A DNA stretch of 64,000 bases from Deltaproteobacteria bacterium. Lineage in GTDB: Bacteria; Myxococcota_A; Polyangia; Polyangiales; Houyiibacteriaceae. Both the position numbers and the translations under genes were made by a program. Shown piece by piece: positions 40,419 to 50,195 of this stretch (positions within the stretch are counted from its first letter, which is position 1; each line of letters begins with the position of its first letter). The stretch lies in contig JAXMNT010000019.1 of NCBI GenBank assembly GCA_034670305.1, positions 64,001-128,000 on the forward strand. Direction: 5' to 3'. The notes below the pieces were generated by a model. It saw only the letters and a list, made by a program, of their open reading frames with translations, was not told the DNA's origin and ran no database searches.

Positions 40419-41525
40419 GTGAGCGAAGAGACCACCCTGCCCCCCTACGACAGCATCTTGCTCGTCTCGTTCGGGGGTCCCGAGGCCCGCGAAGACGTCA
40501 TGCCGTTCCTCGAGAACGTCGTGCGCGGCAAGCGCGTGCCGAAGGAGCGGCTGCTCGAGGTCGCCGAGCACTACCAGCTCTTCAACGGCAAGAGCCCGCT
40601 GAACGACTGCAACCGCGCGTTGCTGGACGCGCTGCGGGTCGAGCTGGACGCGAACGAGATCGAGCTGCCGCTCTACTGGGGCAACCGCAACTGGCACCCC
40701 CTGCTCGCCGACACCCTGCGCGAGATGAAGGCGGCCGGCCGCAAACGGACCCTGGCGATCGTGACCTCGGCCTACAGCAGCTACTCAGGGTGCCGCCAGT
40801 ATCGGGAGAACATTGAGGCAGCCCGGGCGGAAGTCGGCGACGGTGCCCCGGAGGTCGACAAGGTGCGCGTGTTCTACGACCACCCGCTCTTCATCGAGAC
40901 CATGGTCGAGCGCGTGCAGCAAGCCCTGGCGATTTTGCCCGAGGGCGAGCGGGAGTCCGCGCGCATCGCGTTCACCGCGCATTCGATCCCAGTCGCCATG
41001 GCGGACCACTGCAAGTACGCGGAACAGCTGGAGGAGACCTGCCGGCTCGTCGCCGAACGCCTCGAGCGCAGCGACTGGCAGCTCGTCTACCAGAGCCGGA
41101 GTGGCCCGCCCTCGGTGCCTTGGCTCGGCCCGGACGTCGCGGAACATGCGCGCGCGCTCTCGGTGATCGGCGTCGAAAATTTGGTCGTGGTGCCGATCGG
41201 CTTCGTCGCAGACCACATGGAGGTCGTGTTCGACCTCGACCGGGAGCTCGCCGAGATCTGCGACGAACACGACATCCAGCTCGTGCGCGCACGAACGGCC
41301 GGGACCCACCCGAAGTTCATCGAGATGCTCCGGGAGCTGGTTCAGGAGCGCCTCGGCCTCGTCGATCGGCGCCGCTCCCTCTCGAGCAGCGGACCCATGC
41401 CGGACGTGTGCGCCACCGACTGCTGCCTCTACCCGATCCGCCGAAAGGGCGACTCGACCGAAAAGACGCTGACCCCGGACCTGCTCGAAGGCCACGACTC
41501 GGTGAAGGACACGCTGCCCGAATAG
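40419..41525 (+). CDS. hemH: Ferrochelatase
   Basis: SFGGPE, GNRNWHP, FTAHSIP, YQSRSG, WLGPD and GFVADHMEV.FDLD. Confidence 0.95.
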   Translation: MSEETTLPPYDSILLVSFGGPEAREDVMPFLENVVRGKRVPKERLLEVAEHYQLFNGKSPLNDCNRALLDALRVELDANEIELPLYWGNRNWHPLLADTLREMKAAGRKRTLAIVTSAYSSYSGCRQYRENIEAARAEVGDGAPEVDKVRVFYDHPLFIETMVERVQQALAILPEGERESARIAFTAHSIPVAMADHCKYAEQLEETCRLVAERLERSDWQLVYQSRSGPPSVPWLGPDVAEHARALSVIGVENLVVVPIGFVADHMEVVFDLDRELAEICDEHDIQLVRARTAGTHPKFIEMLRELVQERLGLVDRRRSLSSSGPMPDVCATDCCLYPIRRKGDSTEKTLTPDLLEGHDSVKDTLPE

Positions 41526-41781
41526 AGTTTCGCCGCGTCGACGTTCTGGGGGACGCGCTGCACACGTGCCCCACGTCAGGGCGTCGGCGGACGGTCGTAC
41601 CAGGCCGCGCGGCTGAGCTGTCGCACCACGACCACGGTGCCGACGGCGTACTGCACGACAGCGCTCGGCAGCGCGAGGGGAAGCGAGAGCGTTCGTTGAA
41701 CCATCTTCATGGACAACACCCTCGCAGCCCAATGTTTCGAACCGATGTCGGTGCCGTGAAATCGACGCCACCGGGACGCGT

Positions 41782-43125
41782 TCAGATCCCGTACTGCTTT
41801 CGTTTGCGCCACAGGGTCGCGCGGCTGATCCCCAGCTGCTCGGCGGCCTGACCAAGGTGGCCGCCGCACGCGGCCAGCGTGGCCCGAATGGTCTGCTCTT
41901 CGCTCCGGGCTTTCGTGGGACGGACCGGCGCATCCGAGCGCAGCTCGGGCGGCAACTCACTGCGAAGGATCTCCGGACCGCGGCCGACCGCAAAGGCGTA
42001 CTCGACCACGTTCCGCAGCTCCCGCACGTTCCCGGGCCAGCTGTGATCGAGCAGCGCCCGCATCGCTTCGGGGGCCACCGACTCCACGAGCCGCGGGCCG
42101 AGCCGATTGCGCTCGGCGATGAACCGCTCCGCGAGCGCCTCGACGTCGCCGCGTCGGTCGCGCAGCGGCGGCAAATAGATCGGCACCACGCGCAGTCGGT
42201 AGAGCAGGTCCTCGCGAAACCGCCCCGCCTGCACTTCGTCGCGCAGCGCCCGGTGCGTCGCGGCGATGAGCCGCACGTCGACTTGAATGGGATGGCTGCC
42301 GCCGACCGGCAACACCTCCCGCTCTTCCAGCACGCGCAGGAGCTTGGCCTGCAAACCGATCGGCAGCTCGGCGACCTCGTCCAGAAAGAGCGTGCCGCCG
42401 TGCGCACGCACGAAGATGCCGTCGCGTTTCTGACTGGCACCGGTGAACGCCCCCTTCTCGTGCCCGAAGAGCTCGCTCTCCATCAACGTCGGGCTCAGCG
42501 ACGCGCAGTTGATCGACACCATCGGACCGGCGGAGACCGGACTCTCGGCGTGAATCGCCCGCGCGATGAGCTCTTTGCCGGTGCCGCTCTCTCCGCGCAC
42601 GAGCACCGTCGCGTGGGTGTCCGCCACGTTGCGACAGACTTGGAAGACGGCGTGCATGGCTTCGTCGACGCTCGTCAACTCGTGAAAGTGTTCGCCGCGC
42701 GGGGTGTAGTTCGGCGTCTGTGTGGTGTCGGGCACCAGCACCTCCACCCCGCCGAGGAACGCGCCCGCGTCGTCGAAGAACGCCCGTGCGGTTTTGCGGA
42801 GCCGCACCGGACGACCGTCCGCGTGGTGCAACGTCAGCGCCGCGTCCTCGACGACGCCTCGCTCCGAGATGCCGCACCCGGACGCACAATGGCGGCAACG
42901 GTTGCCCGCCCCGCACGGCTGACCGAGCACGTCGCCGGCCTTGAATCCGAGCAGCCGCTCCGCCCCATCGCTCCAAAAGAGGATCCGCCGGTCGGCGTCC
43001 ACGACGAAGACGACCGCGTCGGGCAGCAGCGAAGCGAGCGCCGCCACCGAAGCGCCTCCCCCGACCGAATCGACCCACCGGTCGAGGGGTTCGGTCGGCC
43101 GGAGCATGGGCAGCAGATGTTTCAT
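41782..43125 (-). CDS. PAS-domain sigma54-dependent transcriptional activator
   Basis: GESGTGKE, ESELFGHEKGAFTGA, FREDLLYRL, WPGNVREL and a Fis-type HTH; Cys-rich PAS domain. Confidence 0.95.
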   Translation of the reverse strand: MKHLLPMLRPTEPLDRWVDSVGGGASVAALASLLPDAVVFVVDADRRILFWSDGAERLLGFKAGDVLGQPCGAGNRCRHCASGCGISERGVVEDAALTLHHADGRPVRLRKTARAFFDDAGAFLGGVEVLVPDTTQTPNYTPRGEHFHELTSVDEAMHAVFQVCRNVADTHATVLVRGESGTGKELIARAIHAESPVSAGPMVSINCASLSPTLMESELFGHEKGAFTGASQKRDGIFVRAHGGTLFLDEVAELPIGLQAKLLRVLEEREVLPVGGSHPIQVDVRLIAATHRALRDEVQAGRFREDLLYRLRVVPIYLPPLRDRRGDVEALAERFIAERNRLGPRLVESVAPEAMRALLDHSWPGNVRELRNVVEYAFAVGRGPEILRSELPPELRSDAPVRPTKARSEEQTIRATLAACGGHLGQAAEQLGISRATLWRKRKQYGI

Positions 43126-43168
43126 CAGCGTTTCATGTGTTTCATGAAGAATGTTTCAAATGAAACAT
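43118..43168. promoter_or_regulatory. Probable enhancer-binding sites
   Basis: GTTTCA four times, plus the perfect IR ATGTTTCA-AA-TGAAACAT (43151-43168). Confidence 0.65.
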
Positions 43169-43227
43169 AGCAGGTGAACGACGCTTGTAAAACACGCACT
43201 TTCTCCGCATTTCGATACTCGACTGGA

Positions 43228-43243
43228 TGGCACGGACATTGAA
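43228..43243 (+). promoter_or_regulatory. Candidate sigma54 promoter
   Basis: TGGCACG-GACA-TTGAA (perfect -24, one mismatch at -12), opposite a sigma54 activator gene. Confidence 0.65.
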
Positions 43244-43255
43244 CTACGGAGCGGT

Positions 43256-44107
43256 ATGGATGCGACGTCGATCTTGCTGCTGGTGGCCCTGGGAGCGCTC
43301 TCGCTCGGGCTCACCCTCGGCGTGCTCGGCGGTGGCGGCTCGGTGCTGGCGGTCCCGCTTCTGGTCTGGGTGGCAGGGTACGAGCCGCACGTGGCCATCG
43401 CGATGTCGCTCTTGATCGTCGGCGCGACCAGCGCCTCGTGCACGGTGGCCCACCACCGCAGTGGCAACGTCGATGTGAAGACCGGCGTGCTCTTCGGTGC
43501 GTTCTCGATGGTCGGTGCCTACGCCGGTGGCAGCGCGGCCGGCGCGATCCCGGGCAACTGGCTGCTCGGTGCGTTCACGGTCGCGATGGTGGCCGCCGCG
43601 GTCGGCATGTTGCGTGGCCGCAAGCCGCTTCGCGAAGTGAAACCATCCAAGCTGCAGGCCGCCGCGCTCGGCGTCGCCCTTGGTGCATTCACCGGCCTCG
43701 TGGGTGCGGGCGGCGGGTTCCTCGCGGTGCCGCTGCTGACGCTCGTCCTCGGCATGCCCATGCGCAAAGCGATCGGCACCAGCTCCCTCGTGATCGCCAT
43801 GAACGCCACTGCAGGCTTCATCGGCCAAGCGCAGCACACGTCGATCGACCTCGGGGTCGCGGTGGGGCTCGCGGTGGTCGCCACCGTCGGTGGTCTGGTC
43901 GGCGCCCGCATCGCCGCCCGCGCGCCGGTGCAGCTGTTGCGCAAAGGCTTCGCAGTGCTCGTCCTCTGCCTCGCGACCGCGCAGTTCGCGCAACTCGTCG
44001 GCCCGGACGCATTCGTCGACCACCCCTGGATCGTGGTCGCGACCGCAGCACTCCTCGCGTCCCTCGCCCTCGCCCGCGCCATCCGCCCCTCGACGTCCCC
44101 CAGCTGA
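43256..44107 (+). CDS. Sulfite exporter TauE/SafE family protein
   Basis: [21 protein letters not shown] and AIGTSS; polytopic membrane protein. Confidence 0.92.
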   Translation: MDATSILLLVALGALSLGLTLGVLGGGGSVLAVPLLVWVAGYEPHVAIAMSLLIVGATSASCTVAHHRSGNVDVKTGVLFGAFSMVGAYAGGSAAGAIPGNWLLGAFTVAMVAAAVGMLRGRKPLREVKPSKLQAAALGVALGAFTGLVGAGGGFLAVPLLTLVLGMPMRKAIGTSSLVIAMNATAGFIGQAQHTSIDLGVAVGLAVVATVGGLVGARIAARAPVQLLRKGFAVLVLCLATAQFAQLVGPDAFVDHPWIVVATAALLASLALARAIRPSTSPS

Positions 44108-44118
44108 TCCAGCGCTGA

Positions 44119-44330
44119 GGCATCGGCATCGGCGTCGGCATCGGCTTCGGTTTCGGCTTCGGCATCGGCATCGGTTTCGGCATCGGCTTCGGCATCGGCT
44201 TCGGCATCGGCTTCGGCTTCGGCATCGGCTCCGGCTTCGGCTCCGGCTTCGGCTCCGGCTTCGGATTCGCCTTCGGGGTCGGTCAGGATTCAGGGCAAGG
44301 GGCACGGGCAAGGGCACGGGCAAGGGGCAC
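44119..44330. repeat. Composite microsatellite: (GGCATC/GGCTTC/GGCTCC)n, core, then (GGGCAA/GGGCAC)n
   Basis: Same order as 1848-2176 and 9191-9581. Confidence 0.95.
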
Positions 44331-44381
44331 ATGCAGGGCGTGCGTCTTGTTGGCGTGCGGGTGCCGGAGTAAGGAAGCCGG

Positions 44382-45227
44382 GTGACTCTTCGATTGCTCT
44401 CGACCTGTGTCGTCTCCCTCTCGCTCGCCGCACTCGCGGGCGGCTGTCCGCGCAGCGGATGTCCCACGACCCCGCACACGGACCCCCACCGGCTCCTGGA
44501 GTCGCATCGGTCCCTCCACCGCACCATCACCGCGCTGCGGGGCGAAGCGCGGGTCGACCAGCGCGGCCAGGACGGCCGGATCCGCGGCACGATCTTGATG
44601 TACCTCCAACGTCCGGACCGGGTTCGGTTCGATGCGATGACCCAGCTCGGACCGGCCGCGGTGTTGACCAGCAACGGCGCCCGCTTCCAGCTCCTCGACA
44701 TGCGCGAGAACCGCTTCGTCGAGGGACCCACCTGCCCGAGCAACATCGCGCGTCTGCTCGGCGTGCAGGTCGGCGGCGCGGAACTGACCCGGTTCCTCTT
44801 CGGCGACTCGCCACGGCTCGAGACCGACGACGTCACCCTCGCGTGCGGCGAAGAAGGGTACCTGGTCACGCTCACGGCCGAAGACGGCCGCCACCAGGAG
44901 CTCGCGTATGCGGTGCGGGAGTACGATCTCACCGCGCCACCGGAAGCACAGCACGTCCGGCTGCGGCGCTCGGAGCTCTTCCGGGCGGACGGCACCACCG
45001 AGTGGCGCGCCACCTACGAAGACCACCACGTCCTGACCGATCCGCTGGACCCCGAGGGGCGGGGCGTCGCCATTCCGTTCCGAGTCCGGTTCGAGGACCC
45101 CGCGCGCGGCGCGGACACCTTGGTGAAGATCAAGGAACTCGAGATCGTGACGACGGAACCTTCGCCCGAGGTCTTCGTGCAAACGGCGCCACCGGGGCTG
45201 ACACCCGAAGAAGCCGTCTGCGAGTAG
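44382..45227 (+). CDS. Lipoprotein, LolA-like/DUF4292-like fold
   Basis: LAGGC lipobox; LRGEARV..RPDRVRFD pattern. Confidence 0.65.
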   Translation: MTLRLLSTCVVSLSLAALAGGCPRSGCPTTPHTDPHRLLESHRSLHRTITALRGEARVDQRGQDGRIRGTILMYLQRPDRVRFDAMTQLGPAAVLTSNGARFQLLDMRENRFVEGPTCPSNIARLLGVQVGGAELTRFLFGDSPRLETDDVTLACGEEGYLVTLTAEDGRHQELAYAVREYDLTAPPEAQHVRLRRSELFRADGTTEWRATYEDHHVLTDPLDPEGRGVAIPFRVRFEDPARGADTLVKIKELEIVTTEPSPEVFVQTAPPGLTPEEAVCE

Positions 45228-45325
45228 AACCTTGGCCGATGGGCGCTCGGTCGAGGGGGGTCGATCGCCTGGCGTCGATGGCGGACCGGTTGCTTCCTCG
45301 GTCGGGCCAAGGGTAGAAGGGCTGC

Positions 45326-45871
45326 ATGACCTCCGCCCTCCGGACCCCGTTGTGTGTCGCCGTCGTCCTGCTCTTCGCGTGTGGGGGTGGCGGACTCTAC
45401 GGATTCGCCCGGGAGTACAGCCCGCTGAGTGCCGAACGCGATCACATGGAGGGCTCGACCGAGATCTCCTACGAAGAGGTGCGTCGGGACCCGGTCGACT
45501 TCCAGAGCACCACCGTCGCGTGGTTCGGAGTGGTCACCGATCTGAGCATCGACGAAAGCGGCGCGGGCACCATCTCGATGACCTACCGGACGCTCGCCGC
45601 CCGCAACCTGTGCAGCGACGAGACCTCCGGCTCCTGTCGCGTCACGGTCTCCGAGCGCGAAGGCGGACCGTTCTCTGCCACCGTGCAACTGCGGCCCGAA
45701 GAACAAGCCGGCGAAGACCGCCTGTGGCGGGGATCGCTCGTGAAGATCTACGGGCACCCGAACGGTGAGTTCGACGAACAGGGCGGCCCCATCCTCGTGA
45801 CCGACTGGCACCGCCACTGGCCGCGAGGCGCGTACGTGACCACCGGCGCCCGCGCTTCGATGCGCCGCTGA
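45326..45871 (+). CDS. Lipoprotein, possibly Slp/OB-fold-like
   Basis: LFAC lipobox; YEEVRRDP..F...V.WFGVV. Confidence 0.6.
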   Translation: MTSALRTPLCVAVVLLFACGGGGLYGFAREYSPLSAERDHMEGSTEISYEEVRRDPVDFQSTTVAWFGVVTDLSIDESGAGTISMTYRTLAARNLCSDETSGSCRVTVSEREGGPFSATVQLRPEEQAGEDRLWRGSLVKIYGHPNGEFDEQGGPILVTDWHRHWPRGAYVTTGARASMRR

Positions 45872-45881
45872 TCGTCTCGCG

Positions 45882-46712
45882 ATGATCCTGGTCACCGGCA
45901 CCAAACGCTCCGGGACGTCCATGTGGATGCAGGTGCTGCGTGCGGCCGGGATCCCGGTCCTTGGCGAAGCGTTTCCGAGGGACTGGGAAGAGGTCCTCGG
46001 CGCCGCGAATCCGGGTGGCTTCTTCGAGTCGCACCTGCGCAGCGGGGTGAACTTCGAGACCAACCCCCACCCCCGTACCGGCGTCTACCTGCGACCGGAC
46101 GAGACCCGCCTGACCGCGGTGAAAGTGTTCGTGCCCGGGGTGCTCCGCAGCGACTTGGCATTCGTCCACAAAGTGCTCGCCTCCATCCGCAATTGGCGCG
46201 AATACCACGGCTCGATCCTGCGGCTCTACGCGATGGAAGCCGAGGCCCGACACGGCGAAGGCCAAGAGCCGTTCCCGCACCTCACCCCGACCCTCGAGTG
46301 GTGGCGGGAGAACTTCGCGTTGATCGCCGACTTCGGCATGCGCCGCTACCCGATCCACATGACGGCGTACGAGTCGGTCGTCGCCACCCCCGAAGACGTG
46401 ATCCCCGAGGCGCTCGGTTGGCTCGGAACCGGCGACGTCGAACAGGCGCTGGCGGCGGTCCGCCCGGAGCTCCGGACCCACGACGTCGACGCACTGGGCG
46501 ACGTGCCGGACATCGACTCCGCGACCGCGGACGTGCTGGACGAACTCTACGCCCGGGTCCGGGACCGGCGCCCACTCGACGAAACATTCGTGCGGTGCCT
46601 CAACGAGACCAACACCCGGCTCGCGCCGCGGATGGCAGAAGAGCTCAAGCGGGTGCGCGCCCGGCGCCAGGAAATCGTTCGCGAACGAATCGCGGACGCC
46701 AAGAGCGGGTGA
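45882..46712 (+). CDS. Sulfotransferase-like protein
   Basis: ILVTGTKRSGTS (PAPS-binding-loop-like), NP.GFFE and YES.V..P. Confidence 0.7.
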   Translation: MILVTGTKRSGTSMWMQVLRAAGIPVLGEAFPRDWEEVLGAANPGGFFESHLRSGVNFETNPHPRTGVYLRPDETRLTAVKVFVPGVLRSDLAFVHKVLASIRNWREYHGSILRLYAMEAEARHGEGQEPFPHLTPTLEWWRENFALIADFGMRRYPIHMTAYESVVATPEDVIPEALGWLGTGDVEQALAAVRPELRTHDVDALGDVPDIDSATADVLDELYARVRDRRPLDETFVRCLNETNTRLAPRMAEELKRVRARRQEIVRERIADAKSG

Positions 46713-46731
46713 GCGCTGGTACCCTGGGCGC

Positions 46732-47136
46732 ATGTTCGACGTGCTCAGTCGCAGCCACGTGCTGCCGGTTCTCTCGGTCGGAAGCCTCACGCTCGGGGGT
46801 GCGTGTGGGCAACCTGGGGAGCTGATTCAACCGGAGACACTCCAAGACAGCGCCGAGCTGGCCTGCGACTGGCTCTTCCAATGCTACGAGTCGGAGTCGA
46901 TCATGCTCTTCATGAACGAAGAGAACTGCGTCGCGACCAACTTCCTCCCGATGCTCGAGTACCTCGTCGACTACTACAGCGCGCAGGGCGAGATGTGCGG
47001 CGAAGCGGCGCTCGAGTACTACATCTGCAAGGGCGCCATCTACTCGGTCCCGGACTGCGACAAGGACATCCGGCGCTGCGAGAGTTCGCGCGACCGGTTC
47101 GACATCTTCTGCATCATGGACGACGAGCGCCCCTGA
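46732..47136 (+). CDS. Small Cys-rich lipoprotein
   Basis: GGACG lipobox and regularly spaced Cys residues. Confidence 0.6.
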   Translation: MFDVLSRSHVLPVLSVGSLTLGGACGQPGELIQPETLQDSAELACDWLFQCYESESIMLFMNEENCVATNFLPMLEYLVDYYSAQGEMCGEAALEYYICKGAIYSVPDCDKDIRRCESSRDRFDIFCIMDDERP

Positions 47137-47205
47137 GCCGTGTCCGGTCGAGAGCGCTATCAAGCGCTGAAGACCGTCAAAGTGCGCAGCACTTTGCGCG
47201 AAGCG

Positions 47206-47283
47206 AAGTTGGGGAGGAGGCCGGAGGGGCTTTGCCCCGCAGGCCGGAGGGGGATGCGCCCATCCCCCTCGGACAACAAACGC
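47206..47283 (-). repeat. 78-bp REP-like double-hairpin element
   Basis: 74/78 identical to 32472-32549; lies between convergent genes. Confidence 0.9.
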
Positions 47284-47295
47284 TTCGGCCGAACG

Positions 47296-48714
47296 TCAAG
47301 GAGCGTCCTCCAAGGTCGGCGGGTCCACCGGCGCCACGCGGTGGGCGACGTTGCCGCCCACCATCTCGTAGAGATACGAGATGTACCCCTGGTCCGCATC
47401 GGCGGCGTCCTTCGGCAGGTAGCAGGTCCGGAACCTCACGTCCGCGGGCGGACCAAAGAACGACGCCGCGACCGACAAGCGCGGTGGCTGCATCGGCGGC
47501 CCGGAAGCGAGGCGGCCGCCCTCGAGTCGAACGCACTCGATGCCCTCGGCCGAGCAGGCCAACACACATGTTCCGTCCGAGCTGACATCGACGCGGGTGG
47601 CTTCGTAGCGGAGTCGGTGCACGACCCGGCCGCCGACGCGCACATGCCAACCGTCGTCCGCTTCCACGACGCGCCCCGCCCCGTCCAGCCCGAACCCACG
47701 TTTGTGGGCGCCAGCGAAAGGCGGGTCCGCGGGCGCCATGGTCCATCCACCCGAACGCCACGGGGCAGGTCCATCGAAGGGCATGCTTGGACCCACCCAT
47801 CGACCGTCTTCGATGGCGTGGATCGGCCGCTCTCCAGTGAGGAGGCGCAGGTGGTTCCCGTCCGCCGAGAACTGATGGTGCTTCGCGTCCACGGTGCGGA
47901 CGTCCAAGACGACGGTCACGTTCGCGTCCTCCTCTTCGAGTGCGGTGACCACCTTGAGGCCCTGCGTCCAGCTGACGCGCGCGAACGGACAGTCGACCGC
48001 GGGGCCGTCCTCCAGCCATTCCCCAAGGACCGGATCGAAGACGAAGAAGGTCTCGTGTTCTCGAAAGACCAACCGCCCGCCGCGCACGTACACGGGGGTG
48101 AGTGGCTGGGGGAGCGCCGCGACGTGGGTCGGTCCATCCTCAACGAGCGCGTACACGCCCATGCCCCACACGACGAAGACCTGCGCGCCCAGATGAAACG
48201 CCCCGGCGGGTGCCCCGCGGCCGACGAACCCGCCTTCGCTCGGTTGTCTGCGGTAGACCTGCTCTTCGTTCTCGTCCGCCTCCGACTGCGCGATCTGCTC
48301 CTCGAGCTCTTCGAGGTAGGCGCGCTCCCCGAGCGTGTCGGAGTAGCTTCCGTAGCCTCCGTACCCCCCGTCGTAGCCGCCGTCGTAGTAGTCGTCGTCG
48401 TCGAGCAGGTGATCGAAGAGGTCGCTCAGCGAGACCCGGGTGAGATCGGGATCGACCGCGCCGCCGGGCAGCGGCCCACTGCCGTCGTCGTCCTCCAGCC
48501 GATCCCGGAAGAGTTCGGTGGGCGGTTGATGAATCCAGTCGACGACATCGGTGCTCGGTTCCAGCGGCGCCAGGCCATGCACCAAGGCCCAGTCCTGCCA
48601 GACGAGGAACTCCCCGATCGCGAACGCGCCTCCGCCCTCGGTGCGCTCCTCTGCCAACGCGAACAACCACTCCACGAAAAAGTGATCCACCCGCCGCTCG
48701 AGCGTCGTCTCCAC
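47296..48714 (-). CDS. Hypothetical protein
   Basis: 472-aa ORF with protein-like composition and a Y/G/D-rich segment; no family recognised. Confidence 0.6.
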   Translation of the reverse strand: METTLERRVDHFFVEWLFALAEERTEGGGAFAIGEFLVWQDWALVHGLAPLEPSTDVVDWIHQPPTELFRDRLEDDDGSGPLPGGAVDPDLTRVSLSDLFDHLLDDDDYYDGGYDGGYGGYGSYSDTLGERAYLEELEEQIAQSEADENEEQVYRRQPSEGGFVGRGAPAGAFHLGAQVFVVWGMGVYALVEDGPTHVAALPQPLTPVYVRGGRLVFREHETFFVFDPVLGEWLEDGPAVDCPFARVSWTQGLKVVTALEEEDANVTVVLDVRTVDAKHHQFSADGNHLRLLTGERPIHAIEDGRWVGPSMPFDGPAPWRSGGWTMAPADPPFAGAHKRGFGLDGAGRVVEADDGWHVRVGGRVVHRLRYEATRVDVSSDGTCVLACSAEGIECVRLEGGRLASGPPMQPPRLSVAASFFGPPADVRFRTCYLPKDAADADQGYISYLYEMVGGNVAHRVAPVDPPTLEDAP

Positions 48715-48756
48715 CGGTTCGAGCGTATCTGATCCGGGCCGAATCGGCCTACGGGA

Positions 48757-49497
48757 TCACTTCGAGGGCCGCATGCGGAGCGCCCACTCGATGAGCATCA
48801 TGCCGCCGACGTAGACGACCAACACCATCGCGTGGCCGGCCAACAAGTGGGAGCTGCCGCCCACTGGGCAGTGGAGTTCCAAGACGACGTTGCCCGCGAG
48901 CCCGGCCGCACACGCCGCGTGCAACCGCCCAAGCGAATCGCCCCGGTCGAGCAGGCGAAGCAAGGCGTAGATGGGCAGCCCGAGGGCGAACCCGTAAGTC
49001 GCGCACGGTGTCGCGTGGGAGAGCAGACCGCCGGCCTCGCCGGGCCGCATCGCCACGTGATCGTGCACCCCCGGGATCAGCACCAGACCAAAGGTCGCGA
49101 CCACGCATAGGATCGGGAACGCCCAACGGCGCCATCCTTCGAGCGCGGGCCGGTGAAGCGGCCGCAGCGCCATCGTGATCGAGCCGAGCACGAGTACGGC
49201 GAAGCTCCCGAGGTACATCGCGAGCAGGTGGGGTGGGTAGTCGGCGAGGTCGGCGCGCGGTCCGGTCACGAGCGTCAGGCCGACGACCATGAGAAATCCG
49301 AGCACCCCGAGCATGCGGCGGGTCGAACTCGCCTGCGACTTGAGCCGGAACGCCGGCTTCTTCTCCGCCGTGGCGATCTGTTTCGAGACCCCCGCGAAGA
49401 GGGCGTCCAGGTCGGCAACCCCCCCGTCTTGGGCGGTTCCGAGCAACGGCTCGAGGGAGTCCCGGTCGACGTCGTCGTTCAGGGAGGTGTCGGTCAT
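48757..49497 (-). CDS. NrsF/DUF1109-like membrane anti-sigma factor
   Basis: Multiple TM segments, TPCA and LHCP..HL..GH; ATGA overlap with the ECF gene. Confidence 0.8.
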   Translation of the reverse strand: MTDTSLNDDVDRDSLEPLLGTAQDGGVADLDALFAGVSKQIATAEKKPAFRLKSQASSTRRMLGVLGFLMVVGLTLVTGPRADLADYPPHLLAMYLGSFAVLVLGSITMALRPLHRPALEGWRRWAFPILCVVATFGLVLIPGVHDHVAMRPGEAGGLLSHATPCATYGFALGLPIYALLRLLDRGDSLGRLHAACAAGLAGNVVLELHCPVGGSSHLLAGHAMVLVVYVGGMMLIEWALRMRPSK

Positions 49498-50036
49498 TGC
49501 ACGTCCCCTTCCAACCACACTTTGAGTTTCGCGTACGCCCGATGGGCGCGGACGCGCACTGCGCCTTCGGTCGAGCCCACGATCTCCGCGATCTCGCGGT
49601 AGGGCCGCTCCTGAAACCAGTGCAGCTCGATCACTTCACGCTGCGAATCGGGCAGCCGCGCCAGGGCTGCTTGGACCAAGGTGGCCCGTTCCTGAAGTTC
49701 CATGCGCGAACGCTCCGCCACCGGCGCTTGCTGGAGGTCGACGTCCACGTCGACGTGTTTGCGGCGCTTCTTCTTGCGCCAATGCTCCCGCACGAGGTTC
49801 ATGGCGATGGTCAGGAGCCAGGGCCGCAGCCGGGCACCGACCCGGAAGTCCCGGCGCGCCCCATGGAGCCGGAAGAAGGTGTGCTGGGTGATCTCCCGCG
49901 CCAGTTCCTCGTCCCGGAGGTGACGGCGCGTCATGCCGAAGATGATCGGGGCGTAGCGCTCGAAGAGGGCCCGAAACGCCGCGTCGTCTCCAGCCACGTA
50001 CGCGGCCATCAGCTCTTCGTCGGTCGCATCCGCCAT
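49494..50036 (-). CDS. ECF RNA polymerase sigma factor
   Basis: TDEELM..GD..AF..LFERY, WLLTIAMN, LP..QREV and EIAEIVG.TEGAVRVRAHRA. Confidence 0.93.
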   Translation of the reverse strand: MADATDEELMAAYVAGDDAAFRALFERYAPIIFGMTRRHLRDEELAREITQHTFFRLHGARRDFRVGARLRPWLLTIAMNLVREHWRKKKRRKHVDVDVDLQQAPVAERSRMELQERATLVQAALARLPDSQREVIELHWFQERPYREIAEIVGSTEGAVRVRAHRAYAKLKVWLEGDVQ

Positions 50037-50134
50037 CCGAGCGCAGGCTACCGCCTTTTGACGGATGAGCATCCATGGAAGCACCGACCACACACCTCCC
50101 CCTACGCGCTCTCCCCGATCCAGTTACAGGGGGC

Positions 50135-50160
50135 CGGTTTCGGCTTCGGCTTCGGCTTCC
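50135..50160. repeat. Short (GGCTTC)n tract
   Basis: About 4 units in a divergent promoter region. Confidence 0.7.
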
Positions 50161-50195
50161 GCGCCGCTCCTCAAAACCAAGTATGCTGCCGCCCC

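Noticed and set aside
41576-41710. Possible 44-aa ORF (MKMVQRTLSLPLAL...) downstream of the sigma54 activator
   Set aside because: No recognisable motif or clear RBS, so it cannot be supported.
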